Shown: positions 12,664-25,739 of the stretch, piece by piece | Layout of the letters: every line of letters starts with the position of its first letter | Numbering within the stretch: the stretch's first letter is position 1 | Assembly (NCBI GenBank): GCA_951406725.2 | Contig: OX597827.1 | Span: forward strand, 56,172,001-56,236,000 | DNA length: 64,000 nt | DNA from: Octopus vulgaris | Lineage: Eukaryota | Reading direction: 5' to 3' | Notes under the pieces: generated by a model | The model's input: the letters and a program-made list of their open reading frames with translations, nothing else | Database searches by the model: none | Told to the model about the DNA's origin: nothing | Translations under genes and position numbers: made by a program

Positions 12664-13219
12664 ATGTATGTATGTATATATATATATGTATGTATATATA
12701 TACGTATGTGTGTGTGTATATATGTGTGTGTGTATGTATATACATTTATATATATATGTATATATATATAAATATATACGTATTATGCATATATATATAC
12801 ACACATACACACACACACACATATATATATACATATGTGTGTGTGTGTGTGTGTCTTTGTTTTTGTGTTTGTTCTCCACCACTGCTTGACAACTGGTGCT
12901 TGTGTGTTTGCATCCCTGTAATTTAGCAGTTCAGCAAAAGAAACCAATAGAATAAGTACCAACGTTTAAAATTAAAATAAGTACTGGGGTCAATCATTCA
13001 GCTAAAAGTTCTTGAAAGTGCTGCCCCAGTATGGCCACAGCTCAATGACTGAAACAAGGAAAAAAAAAATAAAAGATAGTCAAGAATATCTGTATGTGTA
13101 GTCAGGGCCAGCACTTGGAATGCAGGGCCAAAATTGTCAGTGGGGCCCTCTACAAAAGCTGAAGATTGACGTTTTGTGCTTCATGCAGTACACCAGTTTC
13201 AGCCAAAAAGTGTTCCACC

Positions 13220-13600
13220 ATTAGCCACAATGATATACTAAACATTCATCATAGTATCCTCTGCTCAAGTGTGTGTATAGGGTCCTCTCTTGTTGTGGTA
13301 CCCAGTTTGAACAAATCTGTCTTATTGGCCTAAAACCAGCCCTGTGTATAGTAGCAGCATTGTCAAAGATATAGGAGCAATACTCTGTTGTGGGTCTCAG
13401 CTGACCTTTGTAGAAGTTTAGTAGTTGTGGAACAGAGGGGCTAAAGTATTTTCTGGCTGCAAAGGGAAGATCAGTTTCGGCTAAGTTGGAGGATGCACAC
13501 ACACCAGGCTAGATCCCCAATAATGGTGAGGTCTAGCATTTCAAGTTATCAAGAGGGTTCTAGTTGCAAGCTGTTTATGATCATGTGGCAAAGTTTTTGA
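13220..13600 (-). mobile_element. degenerate CR1/Jockey-like RT C-terminal fragment
   Basis: QLLNFYKGQLRPTTEYCSYIF resembles LYKxxIRPxxEYCSxIW. Confidence 0.55.
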
Positions 13601-13665
13601 TAATGCTCTTTTAATATGTGCAGTAATAGCTAACTAAAAAGTTAAAGAACTAAGAATAGACCTAC

Positions 13666-13788
13666 TTTGCGATATTTCTCCCTTTCTTCATTTAATTCTT
13701 TCACTTTCCGTTCGTATTCTTTCATCATTTTCACTTCGTCCTCTGTCCATTCTTCTTCATTTGGTCCAACAACCGGCATCGGTATGTC
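13666..13788 (-). CDS. CFAP43: CFAP43 exon (DIPMPVVGPNEEEWTEDEVKMMKEYERKVKELNEEREKYRK)
   Basis: aaattccAG / GTAGGT; WTEEE...YEKKVKELNEERxKYRK is a hallmark CFAP43 segment. Confidence 0.93.
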
Positions 13789-14489
13789 CTGGAATTTAGA
13801 AAGGAAAGATGAAGCAAAAAACACTATTTTTATTTACTTCTTTTTTAGATCCCTCTTTCTATGTTGGTATGATGTGAGAGGGTGGGGGGAACATTAGAGA
13901 GGTAGAGGAAAAAAGATACAGAGAACAGAAGGAAAAGAAGAAAGAGGAAATGGTTTTGAAAGTAGAGACAGAGAGCAGAAGAGTTGTGAAAAGAGAAAAA
14001 TAGGTTGGAGAGTAAAGAGAGAACTTCAATGAGAGAGAAATGAGGGTATGTAAAAGTAACCAACATTACAATTATTTGATGTGAAGCAGACGTAAACCAG
14101 ATGTTAATGGTTTACAAAGTATCTGGTAGTCTACTTTTAAATCCTGAAAAGATGTATTTTTTGAAATGTGGGCATAAAGAAAATATCTTGTTCCCTGAAT
14201 GTATGTATTCATTAAAGGTTCTAAAGTATTTTAATAGATACAGTTTTTTTAGTGAACACACTGAACATTTTCTAGACCCATTAATATAGAGTCTGGATCA
14301 AGAGGGGATTTTTCATTTGGTATCAAAATTGGCCCCTTTGTCTTTAAGTTTCCAGATTAAAGCTGAAAGGGTTGAATGTCTCTTATTACGTTATCTAAAA
14401 TTTGAAAGATGGTTGTTATATCTAGATTTAAATTTTCCTTCCATAGCTTCTTCTTCTTCTTCATCATCATCATCATCATCATCATCACC

Positions 14490-14512
14490 ACCACCACCAC
14501 CACCACCATCAC

Positions 14513-14548
<36 letters not shown>

Positions 14549-14965
14549 TTAACGTCCGTTTTCCATGCTAGCATGGGTTGGACGGTTCGACAGGGGATCT
14601 GGGAAGCCAGAAGGTTGCACCAGGTTCCAGTCTGATCTGGCAGTGTTTCTACAGCTGGATGCCCTTCCTAACGCCAACCACTCCGTGAGTGTAGTGGGTG
14701 CTTTTTATGTACCACTGGCACAGGTGCGAGGCGAGGCTAGCAACGGCCACAATCAGATTGGTGCTTTTTACATGCCACCGGCACGGAAGCCAGTCAAGGC
14801 GGTGCTGGCATCGGCCACGTTCGGATGGTGCTTTTTACGTGCCACCGGCATGGAAGCCAGTCAAAGCGGCGGTGGCATCAGCCACGTTCAGATGGTGCTT
14901 TTTACGTGCCACTGGCACAGGGATCACAACTACAATTTCCATTGATTTTTGATGTTGGTGTACTT
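14490..14965 (-). mobile_element. RTE 3'-end fragment
   Basis: Reverse complement of the 12100-12470 3'UTR, with (CAT)n tail. Confidence 0.9.
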
Positions 14966-14974
14966 AACTCAATA

Positions 14975-15660
14975 GGTCTCCTCAAGCACAGGGTCGAAAC
15001 GCCTTTTTGGGTACTAAGGAAGTGGATATCTGCTAAGTGCAAGAATCTTCTACCTACATTTATGCTGACATTAAGGGAGAAGGCAGGGTGGGGATGGGTT
15101 GGGGTGGGGGGCAAACCATAAAACTTTCCAAGACCTATTCTTACTACTAGATGATAGAGGAGGCAGGTGAAGAAGATTTTATCAGCTAAAGCTGCTATCC
15201 TGTAGGGCCTTATAATAATGTGGGGTAGCCTTTTTGAATATTTCTTTAGAAGAAGAAAGGCATGTGATCCTACAGCTAATTTTTGGAATTAAGTTCTGAA
15301 ATACAATAGGTGAGTGACAGGAGTGTTTATTAATATATTTAAGGTTCTCGTTAGGTTTGTGGAAGGGCTTATAAGAATTAGCTTTAAGATCTAAGGAAAC
15401 ATCTAAAAAGTCAGATTTAGCTAGGTTAGTATAAATAGATACTTTAAGCCCTAAAGAGTTGAAGGTAGAAATTAATTGCTTTCTAAAGGAATCCATAGTA
15501 AGGCCATCACAACTGTGTGACACTGCTAAAGTATCATCACAGTATATACTGATGCTATGACCAGGAAGTTTCAAATTAAGATGGTTTAATATAAACCAAC
15601 TAAATAACATATATCCATGCTATTATATGAACCCATTGAGACACCAAATAATTCGCTTTG
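14975..15660 (-). mobile_element. Penelope-like element RT fragment
   Basis: IYCDD...LGLKVSI...DFLDVSLDL...YKPFHKPN..LKYI...SCH..., typical of the PLE RT/thumb region. Confidence 0.8.
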
Positions 15661-15753
15661 AAAATCTTTTTTTTTTATCCAAAAAGATCCATTATTGAAT
15701 AACAATGTGTATAGATAACAGCATCAGTTTACATCACACAAAAAAAAAGTCAC

Positions 15754-15924
15754 CTTCTTCAATTCATCTTCTTTTCTGATCTCAAGAACACCACCCATCA
15801 TGTCCATTATACCTCTTTCATGGGAATTGTCAGCTCTTTCCAGCCTTATACGCTCCTCTTCAATGCGTTTGGCTTCTTCTATGGCTTTTTTCTCCTCGGC
15901 AGTCAGGTACCTTTCAATTGTGAC
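15754..15924 (-). CDS. CFAP43: CFAP43 exon (VTIERYLTAEEK...DNSHERGIMDMMGGVLEIRKEDELKK)
   Basis: ttttgcAG / GTGACT; 171 nt; MDMMGGVLExxKED hallmark motif. Confidence 0.93.
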
Positions 15925-16049
15925 CTGCAAAATTTAAAGACGTGTGTAGTATGCAGGGGACTATCGTTAATTATACTGAATGAAACAGAGAGGTGAATGA
16001 GACTATAAACACTCAAGAAGAGAATGAGTATGTCTAGAAAGACATAGAT

Positions 16050-16695
16050 GATTTCAAAATTTGGCACAAGGCCAGCAAGTTCAGGGGAAGGGTAAGTCAA
16101 TTACATTGACCCCATTTTACAACTGGTACTTATTTTATTGACCCTGAAAGGAATGAAAAGCAAAGTCAACCTCAGCAGAATTTGAACTCAGAACATGAAG
16201 ACAGATGGAATGCCACTAAGCATTTTGCCTGGCATGCTAACATTTCTTATTTCTTTATTGCCCACAAGGGGCTAAACATAGAGGAGACAAACAAGGACAG
16301 ACAAAGGGATTAAGTCGATTACATTGACCCCAGTGTGTAACTGGTACTTAATTTATGGACCTCGAAAGGATGAAAAGCAAAGTCAACCTTGGTGGAATTT
16401 GAACTCAGGACATAACGGCAGACGAAATACCAATAAGCATTTTGCCTGGCGTGCTAGCATTTCTTATTTCTTTATTGCCTACAAGGGGCTAAACATAGAG
16501 GGGACAAACAAGGACAGACAAAGGGATTAAGACGATTACATTGACCCCAGTGCGTAACTGGTACTTAATTTATCGACCCTGAAAGGATGAAAGGCAAAGT
16601 CAACCCCAGCAGAATTTGAAATCAGAACGTAACAGTAGACGAAATACCAATAAGCATTTTACCTGGCGTGCTAGCATTTCTGCCAGCTCACCTCC
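16050..16695 (-). mobile_element. tandem array (about 3 units) of SINE family B (gcctttcatcctttcggggtcgataaattaagtacc core)
   Basis: ~205-bp unit repeated; B-box-like gagttcaaattcc; core resembles the Meta-SINE domain as I recall it (unverified). Confidence 0.8.
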
Positions 16696-16802
16696 TTGGC
16701 AGATGTAAATATTGAAACATTCCTCATCTTCAAAGGCAAGGTTTAAAGTCTGAAATTTCTTAATCTTAACTCTTTAATAGTTTTAAACCTAAAACTACTT
16801 AC

Positions 16803-17009
16803 TTCAGAATCATCGACTACAAAGGCCAATTCCGGTTTCTCCGCTACAGTAAATTTTGGAACGAGGACCTCTTCACCTAGCTGAAGGTCAGCTATGATCA
16901 CACTAACTCGCTTGTTCCTCTCTTTGATTTTGCCAATCTCTATTTCTTTGCGGTTATACAACTCATCAAACTCCTTGTTGAAGGTTTCCTTTATTTTGTA
17001 GATGATGCC
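16803..17009 (-). CDS. CFAP43: CFAP43 exon (GIIYKIKETFNKEFDELYNRKEIEIGKIKERN...EKPELAFVVDDSE)
   Basis: cattcccAG / GTAAGT; 207 nt, phase 0-0; FNxEFD...KERN...EKPE motifs. Confidence 0.92.
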
Positions 17010-17084
17010 CTGGGAATGATTTGGAAAACAGGAGGACTTACAGCAGTAAGAAGATTATATGTTAGTATGTATGAGTGTGTGTGT

Positions 17085-17273
17085 ATGTATGTATGTATGT
17101 ATGTATGTATGTATGTATGTATGTATGTATGTATGTATGTATGTATGTATGTATGTATGTATGTATGTATGTATGTATGTATGTATGTATGTATGTATGT
17201 ATGTATGTATGTATGTATGTATGTATGTATGTATGTATGTATGTATGTATGTATGTATGTATGTATGTATGTA
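17085..17273 (+). repeat. long perfect (TATG)n microsatellite
   Basis: Direct reading. Confidence 0.98.
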
Positions 17274-17777
17274 TTCTTTTGTTCTTTTATTTGTTTCAGC
17301 CATGCAGCTGTGGTCATGCTGGAGCACCATCGTATGTATGAATATATAGATATATGCGTATGTGTTTGTGCAAGCATGTGAATGTATATATGTGGTTGTA
17401 TGTGGGTGTGTATATGTGTGTAGGATACATTAGTAAAGGGATAGAGAGAGAAACAGTCAGACAGACAGATAGATAGACTGACAGACAGACAGACAGATAG
17501 ATTGACTGACAGACAGGCAGGCAAATAGACAGAAATAGAATCAGAGATACAGATCTAGTATGTGTGTGAAAGAGAGAGAAAGAAAGAGATAGTATTGTTG
17601 TGTGCATATATTTTCATTTTAGTTTTTCAAACGAGCATGCAATAAACACCAACACAAGCCCCACATGTTCATAAAACTGATGCTTTGTACTATATTCAGG
17701 GGCATTGAGTAATGGAGAGATCGATATCCTCCTGGATAGAGTACATCAGTGTATTCATATTGTGTTGTGGGCATATT

Positions 17778-17990
17778 AAGGGGTGCTGAAAACCTCCTGG
17801 TTTTGAGTAAAATAAAATGCAGGAGGATCCATTAATTATGATTTTATTCAACATATTCCCCTTTTAGATTCACACACTTATTGTAGCAATCCTTCAGTTT
17901 CTCTAAGCCCTGTAAAAGAACTCAAAACGTTGAGCCTCCAGCCAGGCCTTTCACAGTACTCTTAAAGCCAGGAACTTTGCAGCCCCTCCT
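17778..17990. mobile_element. ~210-bp mariner-derived MITE; related copies at ~3155-3340 and ~38000-38207
   Basis: Terminal inverted ggggtgctgaaaa..cctgg / ccaggaacttt.cagcccc; three similar copies in the window. Confidence 0.7.
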
Positions 17991-18027
17991 CATATAAATA
18001 AGAAGAACATGAGGGAATTTTAATAAC

Positions 18028-18119
18028 CTGTAACAGAATTATCTGTGATATCTTCTGGTCTCGACTGTGAAGCTCCAGTTGGTTATACAAGTATGCACTC
18101 TCACCACCATATGCAGAAC
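18028..18119 (-). CDS. CFAP43: CFAP43 exon (SAYGGESAYLYNQLELHSRDQKISQIILLQ)
   Basis: ttctcctccAG / GTTATT; phase 1 to 0; QLELHSRxxKIxQIILL motif. Confidence 0.92.
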
Positions 18120-18214
18120 CTGGAGGAGAAAAGAGCCATAAATAATAATTGGTTTCAGATTAAGGTACAGGGCCAGCAGTTTAGAGGGGAGTGAGGAAGT
18201 TGGGCCCATCTACT

Positions 18215-18625
18215 GAGCTGGCAGAAATGTTAGCACGCCGGGCAAAATGCTTAGGGGCATTTGATCTGCTTTTATGTTCTGAGTTCAAATTCCGCTGAGG
18301 TTGACTTTGCCTTTCATCCTTTCAGGGGCGATAAATTAAGTACCAGTTACGCACTGGGGTCGATGTAATCGACTTAATACCTATGTCTGTCCTTGTTTGT
18401 CCCCTCTGTGTTTAGCCCCTTGTGGGTAATAAAGAAATAGGTATTTGATCTGCTTTTATGTTCTGAGTTCAAATTCCGCTGAGGTTGACTTTGCCTTTCA
18501 TCCTTTCAGGGTCGATAAATTAAGTACCAGTTACGCACTGGGGTCAATGTAATCGACTTAATCCCTTTGTCTGTCCTTGTTTGTCCCCTCTATGTTTAGC
18601 CCCTTGTGGGCAATAAAGAAATAGC
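18215..18625 (+). mobile_element. SINE family B, tandem dimer
   Basis: ~183-bp unit repeated twice; opposite orientation to the 16050-16695 array. Confidence 0.85.
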
Positions 18626-18773
18626 TTGACTAGTACCTAATTCTATCAACCCCAGAGAGATGAATGGTAAAGTATCCCTCAGTGGGATTTGAATTCAGAA
18701 TGTTTGGAGCTAGAACAAATACCACAAAGTAACGCTTTCCAACACTCAAAGGATTCTGCCAATTTACTGCATC

Positions 18774-18839
<66 letters not shown>

Positions 18840-19240
18840 TAGGTGCAGGAGTGGCTGTGTGGTAAGTAGGTTGCTAACCAACCACATGGTTCTGGGTTCA
18901 GTCCCACTGCATGTCATCTTGGGAAAGTGTCTTCTGCTATAGCCCTGGGCCGACCAATGCCTTGTGAGTGGATTTGGTAGACGGAAACTGAAAGAAGCCT
19001 GTCGTATATATGTATATATATGTATATGTGTGTATGTGTCTGTGTTTGTCCCCCTAGCATTGCTTGACAACCGATGCTGGTGTGTTTACGTCCCCGTCAC
19101 TTAGCGGTTCGGCAAAAGAGACCGATAGAATAAGTACTGGGCTTACAATGAATAAGTCCCGGGGTCGATTTACTCGACTAAGGGTGGTGCTCCAGCATGG
19201 CCGCAGTCAAATGACTGAAACAAGTAAAAGAGTAAAAGAG
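18840..19240 (+). mobile_element. full-length SINE family A (tRNA head, ccttgggcaag core, internal TA/TG microsatellite, GTAAAAGA tail)
   Basis: A box tggctgtgtgg, B box ggttcagtcc. Further copies at ~117-500, 6005-6415, 27771-28183 and 58855-59170 (+), and 55935-56510, 56730-57125, 57210-57735 and 60825-61245 (-). Confidence 0.9.
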
Positions 19241-19848
19241 TAATAATAATAATAGCAAGAGCACCCAGAGAGCGCAAACCTCCGCCAAGGCAACACCGAC
19301 GTCCTCTCAATGATTAGCCGGAGATGGTCTTTAAAATGAGAATATCTGAAATAAACTTGACTGTTCTCACTAACAGGAATACTAAAAATGAACCCAACCG
19401 CTCTCAAAAATTAAGTAAAAAAAAAAACAGAAAAAATAATCCAGAATCCTTGTCCGGCACTGGATCAATCGCAAAATCTAATCAGTTCATGCCAGTCATG
19501 AGGCCAAACATCCCTGAAAGTTTCATTTGAATCCATCCTGCAGTTCGAGATATTTTGTCAACAGACAAACAAACAAACACAAGTGAAAACAATACCTCTA
19601 CCTTCACTAAGGTGGGGGCAATAATAACAACAATAATAATCATTTCTGCTATAGGTACAAGGCCTGAAATTTGGGGGAAGGGTAAATTGATTATATCGAC
19701 CCCAGTACTCAACTGGTACTTAATTTATCAACCCTGAAAGGATGAAAGGCAAAGCCGACCTTGGCGGAATTCGAACTCAGAATGTAGTAACAGACAAAAT
19801 ACTGCTAAGCATTTTTCCCCGGCAAGTTAACGAGTCTACCTACTCAAC

Positions 19849-19929
<81 letters not shown>

Positions 19930-19975
19930 AATCTGTTATCAATATAACGGGAAGAGAATTATCAGTTAAACTTAC

Positions 19976-20033
19976 CAAAACTTCCTGCAATTGCAGTGGA
20001 CATTTGCATCTCTTCTGCTCTGCTTTCAATTGT
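19976..20033 (-). CDS. CFAP43: CFAP43 small exon (TIESRAEEMQMSTAIAGSF)
   Basis: cttactaaAG / GTAAGT; phase 0 to 1, giving GSF-GSAYGG with the 18119 exon. Confidence 0.75.
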
Positions 20034-20594
20034 CTTTAGTAAGAGCCAAGAAATAAGAGAAATATACAAGCAAATTATTACAAGCTCCACAACATTGAAG
20101 ATGAAATTTATATAAACTTGGCTATAATAAAGGAAAATAAAAGAAAAAGAGAAATAACAATGAATATGGAATTAAGATGCTCAAATTTTTCCTCTTTCTT
20201 CCCCTTCTCTTCCTTTCCCTTTTTTTTCTTTCTTTTTTCCACCCCGTTATGTCAACTTCTGAGAGAAACAGAAACATCATCTGTAGTGATGATGAAGTTT
20301 TGGGGACTCTAAGAATTGAAACAGTCTGATGTTTAACCCTTTGACAATGGTTGGCACAAATATGCAATCACACTTTTGCTTGCCTACCCGCGGTTAACGT
20401 AAATATACAATGTAGAGCTGCCCTACAGACTTTTTAGCGGCTGACGTAAGTTTGCATTCGCTGTTGTGTACTTTATCTCCTGAGGTGCACGCGCTCGCCG
20501 TCCCATGCATTAGCTTAGCTATTTTAGATTACGTTCAAGTCATGAGACTAGCAGTAGACCAATGACATGCAGATTCTTTACATGCATAATACCG

Positions 20595-20822
20595 ATTTCT
20601 TTATTAACCACAGGAGACTAAACATAGAGAGGACAAACAAGGACAGACAAACAGATTAAGTCGATTATATCGACTCCAGTGCGTAACTGGTACTTAATTT
20701 ATCGACCCCGAAAGGATGAAAGGCAAAGTCGACCACAGCGGAATTTGAACTCAGAACGTAACGGCGGACGAAATACGGCTACGCATTTCGCCCGGCGTGC
20801 TAATGTTTCTGCCAGCTCGCCG
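20595..20822 (-). mobile_element. SINE family B, CpG-rich young copy
   Basis: Same core. Further copies at ~19640-19840, 27518-27730, 31620-31855 and 59170-59355 (-), and 37575-37780, 41963-42170 and 46315-46525 (+). Confidence 0.85.
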
Positions 20823-23800
20823 GTGCTTTGAGTTGTACCACACGCAAGCTATTTTCTGAACTTGAGCAGAATAACACGTGCATGTCATATTATGATAAAT
20901 AGCTTCACATAGTTCGTTTTCATAGATGTAAATGTATGATGCTATGTTATTGTAACAGTGAACGTAAATAGACGCGAGCTCGTTGGCACTTGTGTGTTTG
21001 TGTGGCCTCATTAGATAAAAAAAAAACCTGAGCAGTGTCTTGCATGCTTCGAGTAATACCGGCGTCAAGGGGTTAACATATGGATAGAAGAAAGTAGCCA
21101 AGTCATTTATTTTAGACTCTTTGGAACTATTTTTCAAAGGTGGTACTGTTATAATTATTGTTGCCTTTGTCCTTAGTGGCCAAAATATATTGAAAGGCAA
21201 TGTTGCACTGTGTTTGTGAATACATCTTTAGACCATCAGCCTCAATCCAGACAGACAGAACAAATTTTTTTTCTTCCTCTTTTGCTCTTTTCTTTTCTTT
21301 TAAACATACTCATGTAAGGACATGTTCTTGTGAACATTCATATTTATTTCTATATTCATTGACTGACAAATGTTCATATATGGTCATAAGTTCAAATGAT
21401 ATTACAGTTATTGCATCATGTTCCAAGGTAAAGCACTTCACTTTGCTTGCCAAAGCCTACCTTATAAGGCTGATGACTGGTTCCACTCTGACCTGAAGGT
21501 TGAGTGGTTCATAGTATAGAGAGACAGACAGACAGAAACAAAGAGAAATGGGGAAAGGAAATCAAGTAGCTGTAATAAAACAGATTATTTACTTTGACCC
21601 CATGTAATAATACAAGGTTGCAAAAATTAACTCTCACTAAAATGAAATAAAACAGTAAAACATAAAACTTCAAAAACATTTTCAAAAATTTTATAAGAAA
21701 AAATTTTAAATTCAAAATTTAAAATTCAAAATTCAACAATTATAAAGCTACATTCATACAGTTGAGATATTTAATAATAATGACAAAACATATTTTAATG
21801 TTGGTAATTAAAGCTAATACACAGAAATTTAACCCTTCAGCATTCAGATTACTCTGTAAAATGTAATGTTTATTTATTCACATTGTTTCAAATTAATCAT
21901 GAATTATCTTGTGACTTTAAGATTTCAATGATGTGATTGTTTATTTTTAGAATAACATTGTAGGGTAGGTGGGAGAGACTAGATCTGGTCAGTCTGGGCA
22001 TAAGGCAGATAGATTATTTAGGCTGGATATAGCTGGTTTTAATGCCTAAAGGGCTAAAATGGAAAAGAGCAACAGGGCCAATGGCTTGATTTGAACTTTA
22101 TATCTGTCATTTTGTCATTTAGAACAGCAGAAATACTGGGTAAATTATCCTTACAAGGCAGAAAAATTTATCAACAAACAGCCATGGGACTTGAACCCAC
22201 ATCCCTCAAGACTCTGGCTGAGTGTTTTACCATTAAGCTAAACTGCCCAAGGCTTGGAGGATGTGGGTTCGAATTTCATGGCTGTTTGTTAACAAATTTT
22301 TTCACCTTGTAAAGCTAATTTAACCAGCATTTCTGCTGTTCTAACAGAAATTCTGAGTTCGAAAAAATATCATCTTCTTGTTTGTATTGTACAATTCACA
22401 TTTCAATGCTTCTAATAAAAACAAATTGACCAGAGTTAGTCATAAATTTTTTGCCTGTTTATGTAGATCACATGTACCACACAGGACATATTTCCCTCGC
22501 ATCCATGCATTATATATGAGACATTTTCCCAAGTTTTTCCAACCACCATAATTACTTGGGATTTATGGAAAGCATGGAAAGGAAAGCATTATATTACCCT
22601 GAATATATGAAACAAGGGCTAACTAAAGGCTGAAAACAAGCATGGACATTTAGAACAAACTTATGAAAATACTTTGGATAGGCAAAGGGTTAAGACAACT
22701 ATTGATTTTTCTCACTTTGGGTGTAATACCAATTAAAAAGTTTCTTGCCTCACCCCATTAACTATGACAGCTCCCACTTTACTATCTGTTTTCGATGCAG
22801 CAAGAGTCCCTGGGCTTTTCAGTCCTTTGCTCCAAATACTTTTATATTAAAGAGAATCCGTTTTAAGTAGAAATGAAAGCAACATCTAACAAATGTACAT
22901 CTCACAAGATGTCTTATTCTGTTAGTTTTCAAGCCTCAGAGATGAAAGGAAGCTCAGAATGGACACATAACAGTTAAGGAGAAACATATATTTCACTGAT
23001 CAATGGCATAAAAAGGGTCAAATTCTGGTTTATTCACCCCATATAATCTCATAACTTAAAAAAAATTTCTTTTGAATTTTCAGAAAACTTTAACAAATCT
23101 GTGTTCTACACACAGGAATTCATACAATTATTAAAAAAATTTTTTTTTAAATTATTTTACCCCTGCCCTCCCCTATAAATCCTAAAAGTTCCACTCTTTT
23201 TCGAATTTTTTTTTTTAAATAAGAGGTTAATATTCTTAAACCAGAATTCCACTGTAAAAAGGTAACTGGTCAAATGGAGTGACCGATTTCTAAGTGGTGG
23301 TGATAGTGGTGATGGAGTAGTGGCAGTAGTGATGGGATTAAAGAAATGATAAGCCACATATGATGACATGCATACAGTCTCCAAGATGTACCATAGTTTT
23401 AACAAACAAGAATCAAAGATAAAAGCTGAAAATTCAAAGTAAATGTGTAGCATTGCATTAAACAAAGGAAGGGATTAAACTGATAACTAAATTAATCTGT
23501 TTCATTTTGGGATTTAGTTTGCAAGATAGTCAAGACTATTGAAAATGTTGCGAGACGCAATGAAAATTTTAGGAAAATAAAAATAAGAAATAAGTGGAAA
23601 TTTTACCGGTGAGTGTGTTACATTATAAGGCACAAAAAGAAAATGACTCTCCCCAGACACAACATAAATTAATCTGGTCATCATCTATTAAATATGCCAA
23701 CACAAACTACAGCATGGTGTATGGCGATGAGAATCTACAAGCCTTGAAGATAGGCAAAAAGCTAAAAGACGGTGAAAGCATAAAAAAGAGGCAGTGTGAG

Positions 23801-24300
23801 AAGCTGCATAGGATGAGGCTAGGTGAAATGCATTGAAAGAGGCACAAGCATGTAATATCTTTAGGTATTAGAAAATCTATTCAAGCAGACCTTGGGTTTG
23901 TCTTCAGCAACCTGGTAGTGTATTTGGTCCTGTTTAAATAGATGTACAGATAAGATACAAGTGGTTATAACAACAACAATAGCATCATGACCATTATTAG
24001 TTTATAGATGGAAATTGTCCCTTGAGTTGTTTTTTTTTTTTTATTATCTGAGATGTATGAAGAGCTGTATCTCTCTTATATGTGGTGAGAAGAATTTCTT
24101 ACAAAGACAGAAAATCAGAAAGGAATTTGTGAGAATTTCTTACAAAGACACAAGGTCAGACACAAGGAGGGGCAGAATTAGAAAACTCTATCGACCCCAT
24201 TACATCACTGAAACTTTTTTTCAACCCCAGAAGGATGGAAAACAAAGTTGACCTTGGAAGGATTTGAACTCAGAATGTAAAGAGCAGGAACAAATAAAGC

Positions 24301-24803
24301 AAGTGCCAGTAAGGCAATGCTGGTAATGATCACACTCGAACAGTGCCTTTTATGTGCCACTGGCTTCCGTGCTAGTGGCACATAAAAGGCACCATTCGAG
24401 TGTGATCGTTACCGGCATCGCCTTACTGGCACTTGTGCCCTTGCTAGTAGGGTGCGAAGAGCACCATCTGAGCGTGATCGTTGCCAGAGCGGCTAACTGA
24501 CTTCTGTGCTGGTGGCACGTAAAAGGTACCATTCAAGCGTGATCATTACCAGCGTCGCCTTACTGGCACCTGTGCTGGTGGCATGTATAAAAAAATTTGA
24601 GCGAGGTCATTGCCAGTACCGCCAGACTGGCCCCTGTGCCGGTGACATGTAAAAAGCACCCATTACACTCTCAGAGTGGTTGGCATTAGGAAGGGCATCC
24701 AGCTGTAGAAACTCTGCCAGATCAAGATTGGAGCCTGGTGCAGCCATCTGATTCGCCAGCCCTCAGTCAAAATCGTCCAACCCATGGAAAGCAGACGTTA
24801 AAC

Positions 24804-24860
<57 letters not shown>

Positions 24861-24868
24861 GGTGGTGG

Positions 24869-24917
<49 letters not shown>

Positions 24918-24965
24918 TGGATGGATGGATGGATGGATGGATGATGATGATGATGATGATGATGA
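24301..24965 (+). mobile_element. RTE 3' end with 5' inversion and expanded (GAT)/(GGT)/(GGAT) tail
   Basis: 3'UTR repeat units, terminal motif (palindrome partly deleted), tail. Confidence 0.88.
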
Positions 24966-25739
24966 TTTGTCTGCTGATCTAATAATTCTAGCAATCCATA
25001 ATGGTTTCTAACAGAGTTACATACAATATTACAATTTTCGAAGGAGAAGAAAGTTACTTAAATCTTTCCCAATACTTTGTTTTAACAAATCCTAAAAGGA
25101 TGAAAGACAGCATTTGTTGCAGCAGGATTTGAACTCAGAATGTAACGGGAAATAACTAAATGTTATAATTGCATGATCATTTTGTTTAATGTTCTACTGA
25201 TTTCCTGTCTAAATAAAAGCAAACAGTAGAATCTGAGGACACTAGTGATGTTCTGCATCAGCAAATAGTAATACAAACAGCCCAAAGAGTGGGATATGCT
25301 ATGTTAATGAAAAAGAGGAATCTAATGTTTAAAGAAGAACCTTAAATCAGAATAAGAGGAGTTGTTTAACTGTGTTACTGGAATCACAGATCTAGTATTC
25401 CACCAAAACATGTAAAAATGTCATCTCCCCCACCCAATAAATATATCTAACAGAAGCATTAGGCATTTGAGTAAGACTTGGTCTCCAAACTGTTGAATCC
25501 CTTCAAACCATCCAACTTATACCAGCATGGAAATGGATAAAAAACAATGACGATAATGCATCGTTGAGCATTTATATATATGTGTATGTATGTATGTACA
25601 TATGTATGTATGTACGTATGTATGTATGTATGTACGTATGTATGTATTTATGTATGTATGTATGTGTGTGTGTGTGTATATTCAGCTGGATGTCTGAAAC
25701 TTCTTCTTGGTTTTATTTCAAAGCCCTTGCCAGAGATGG

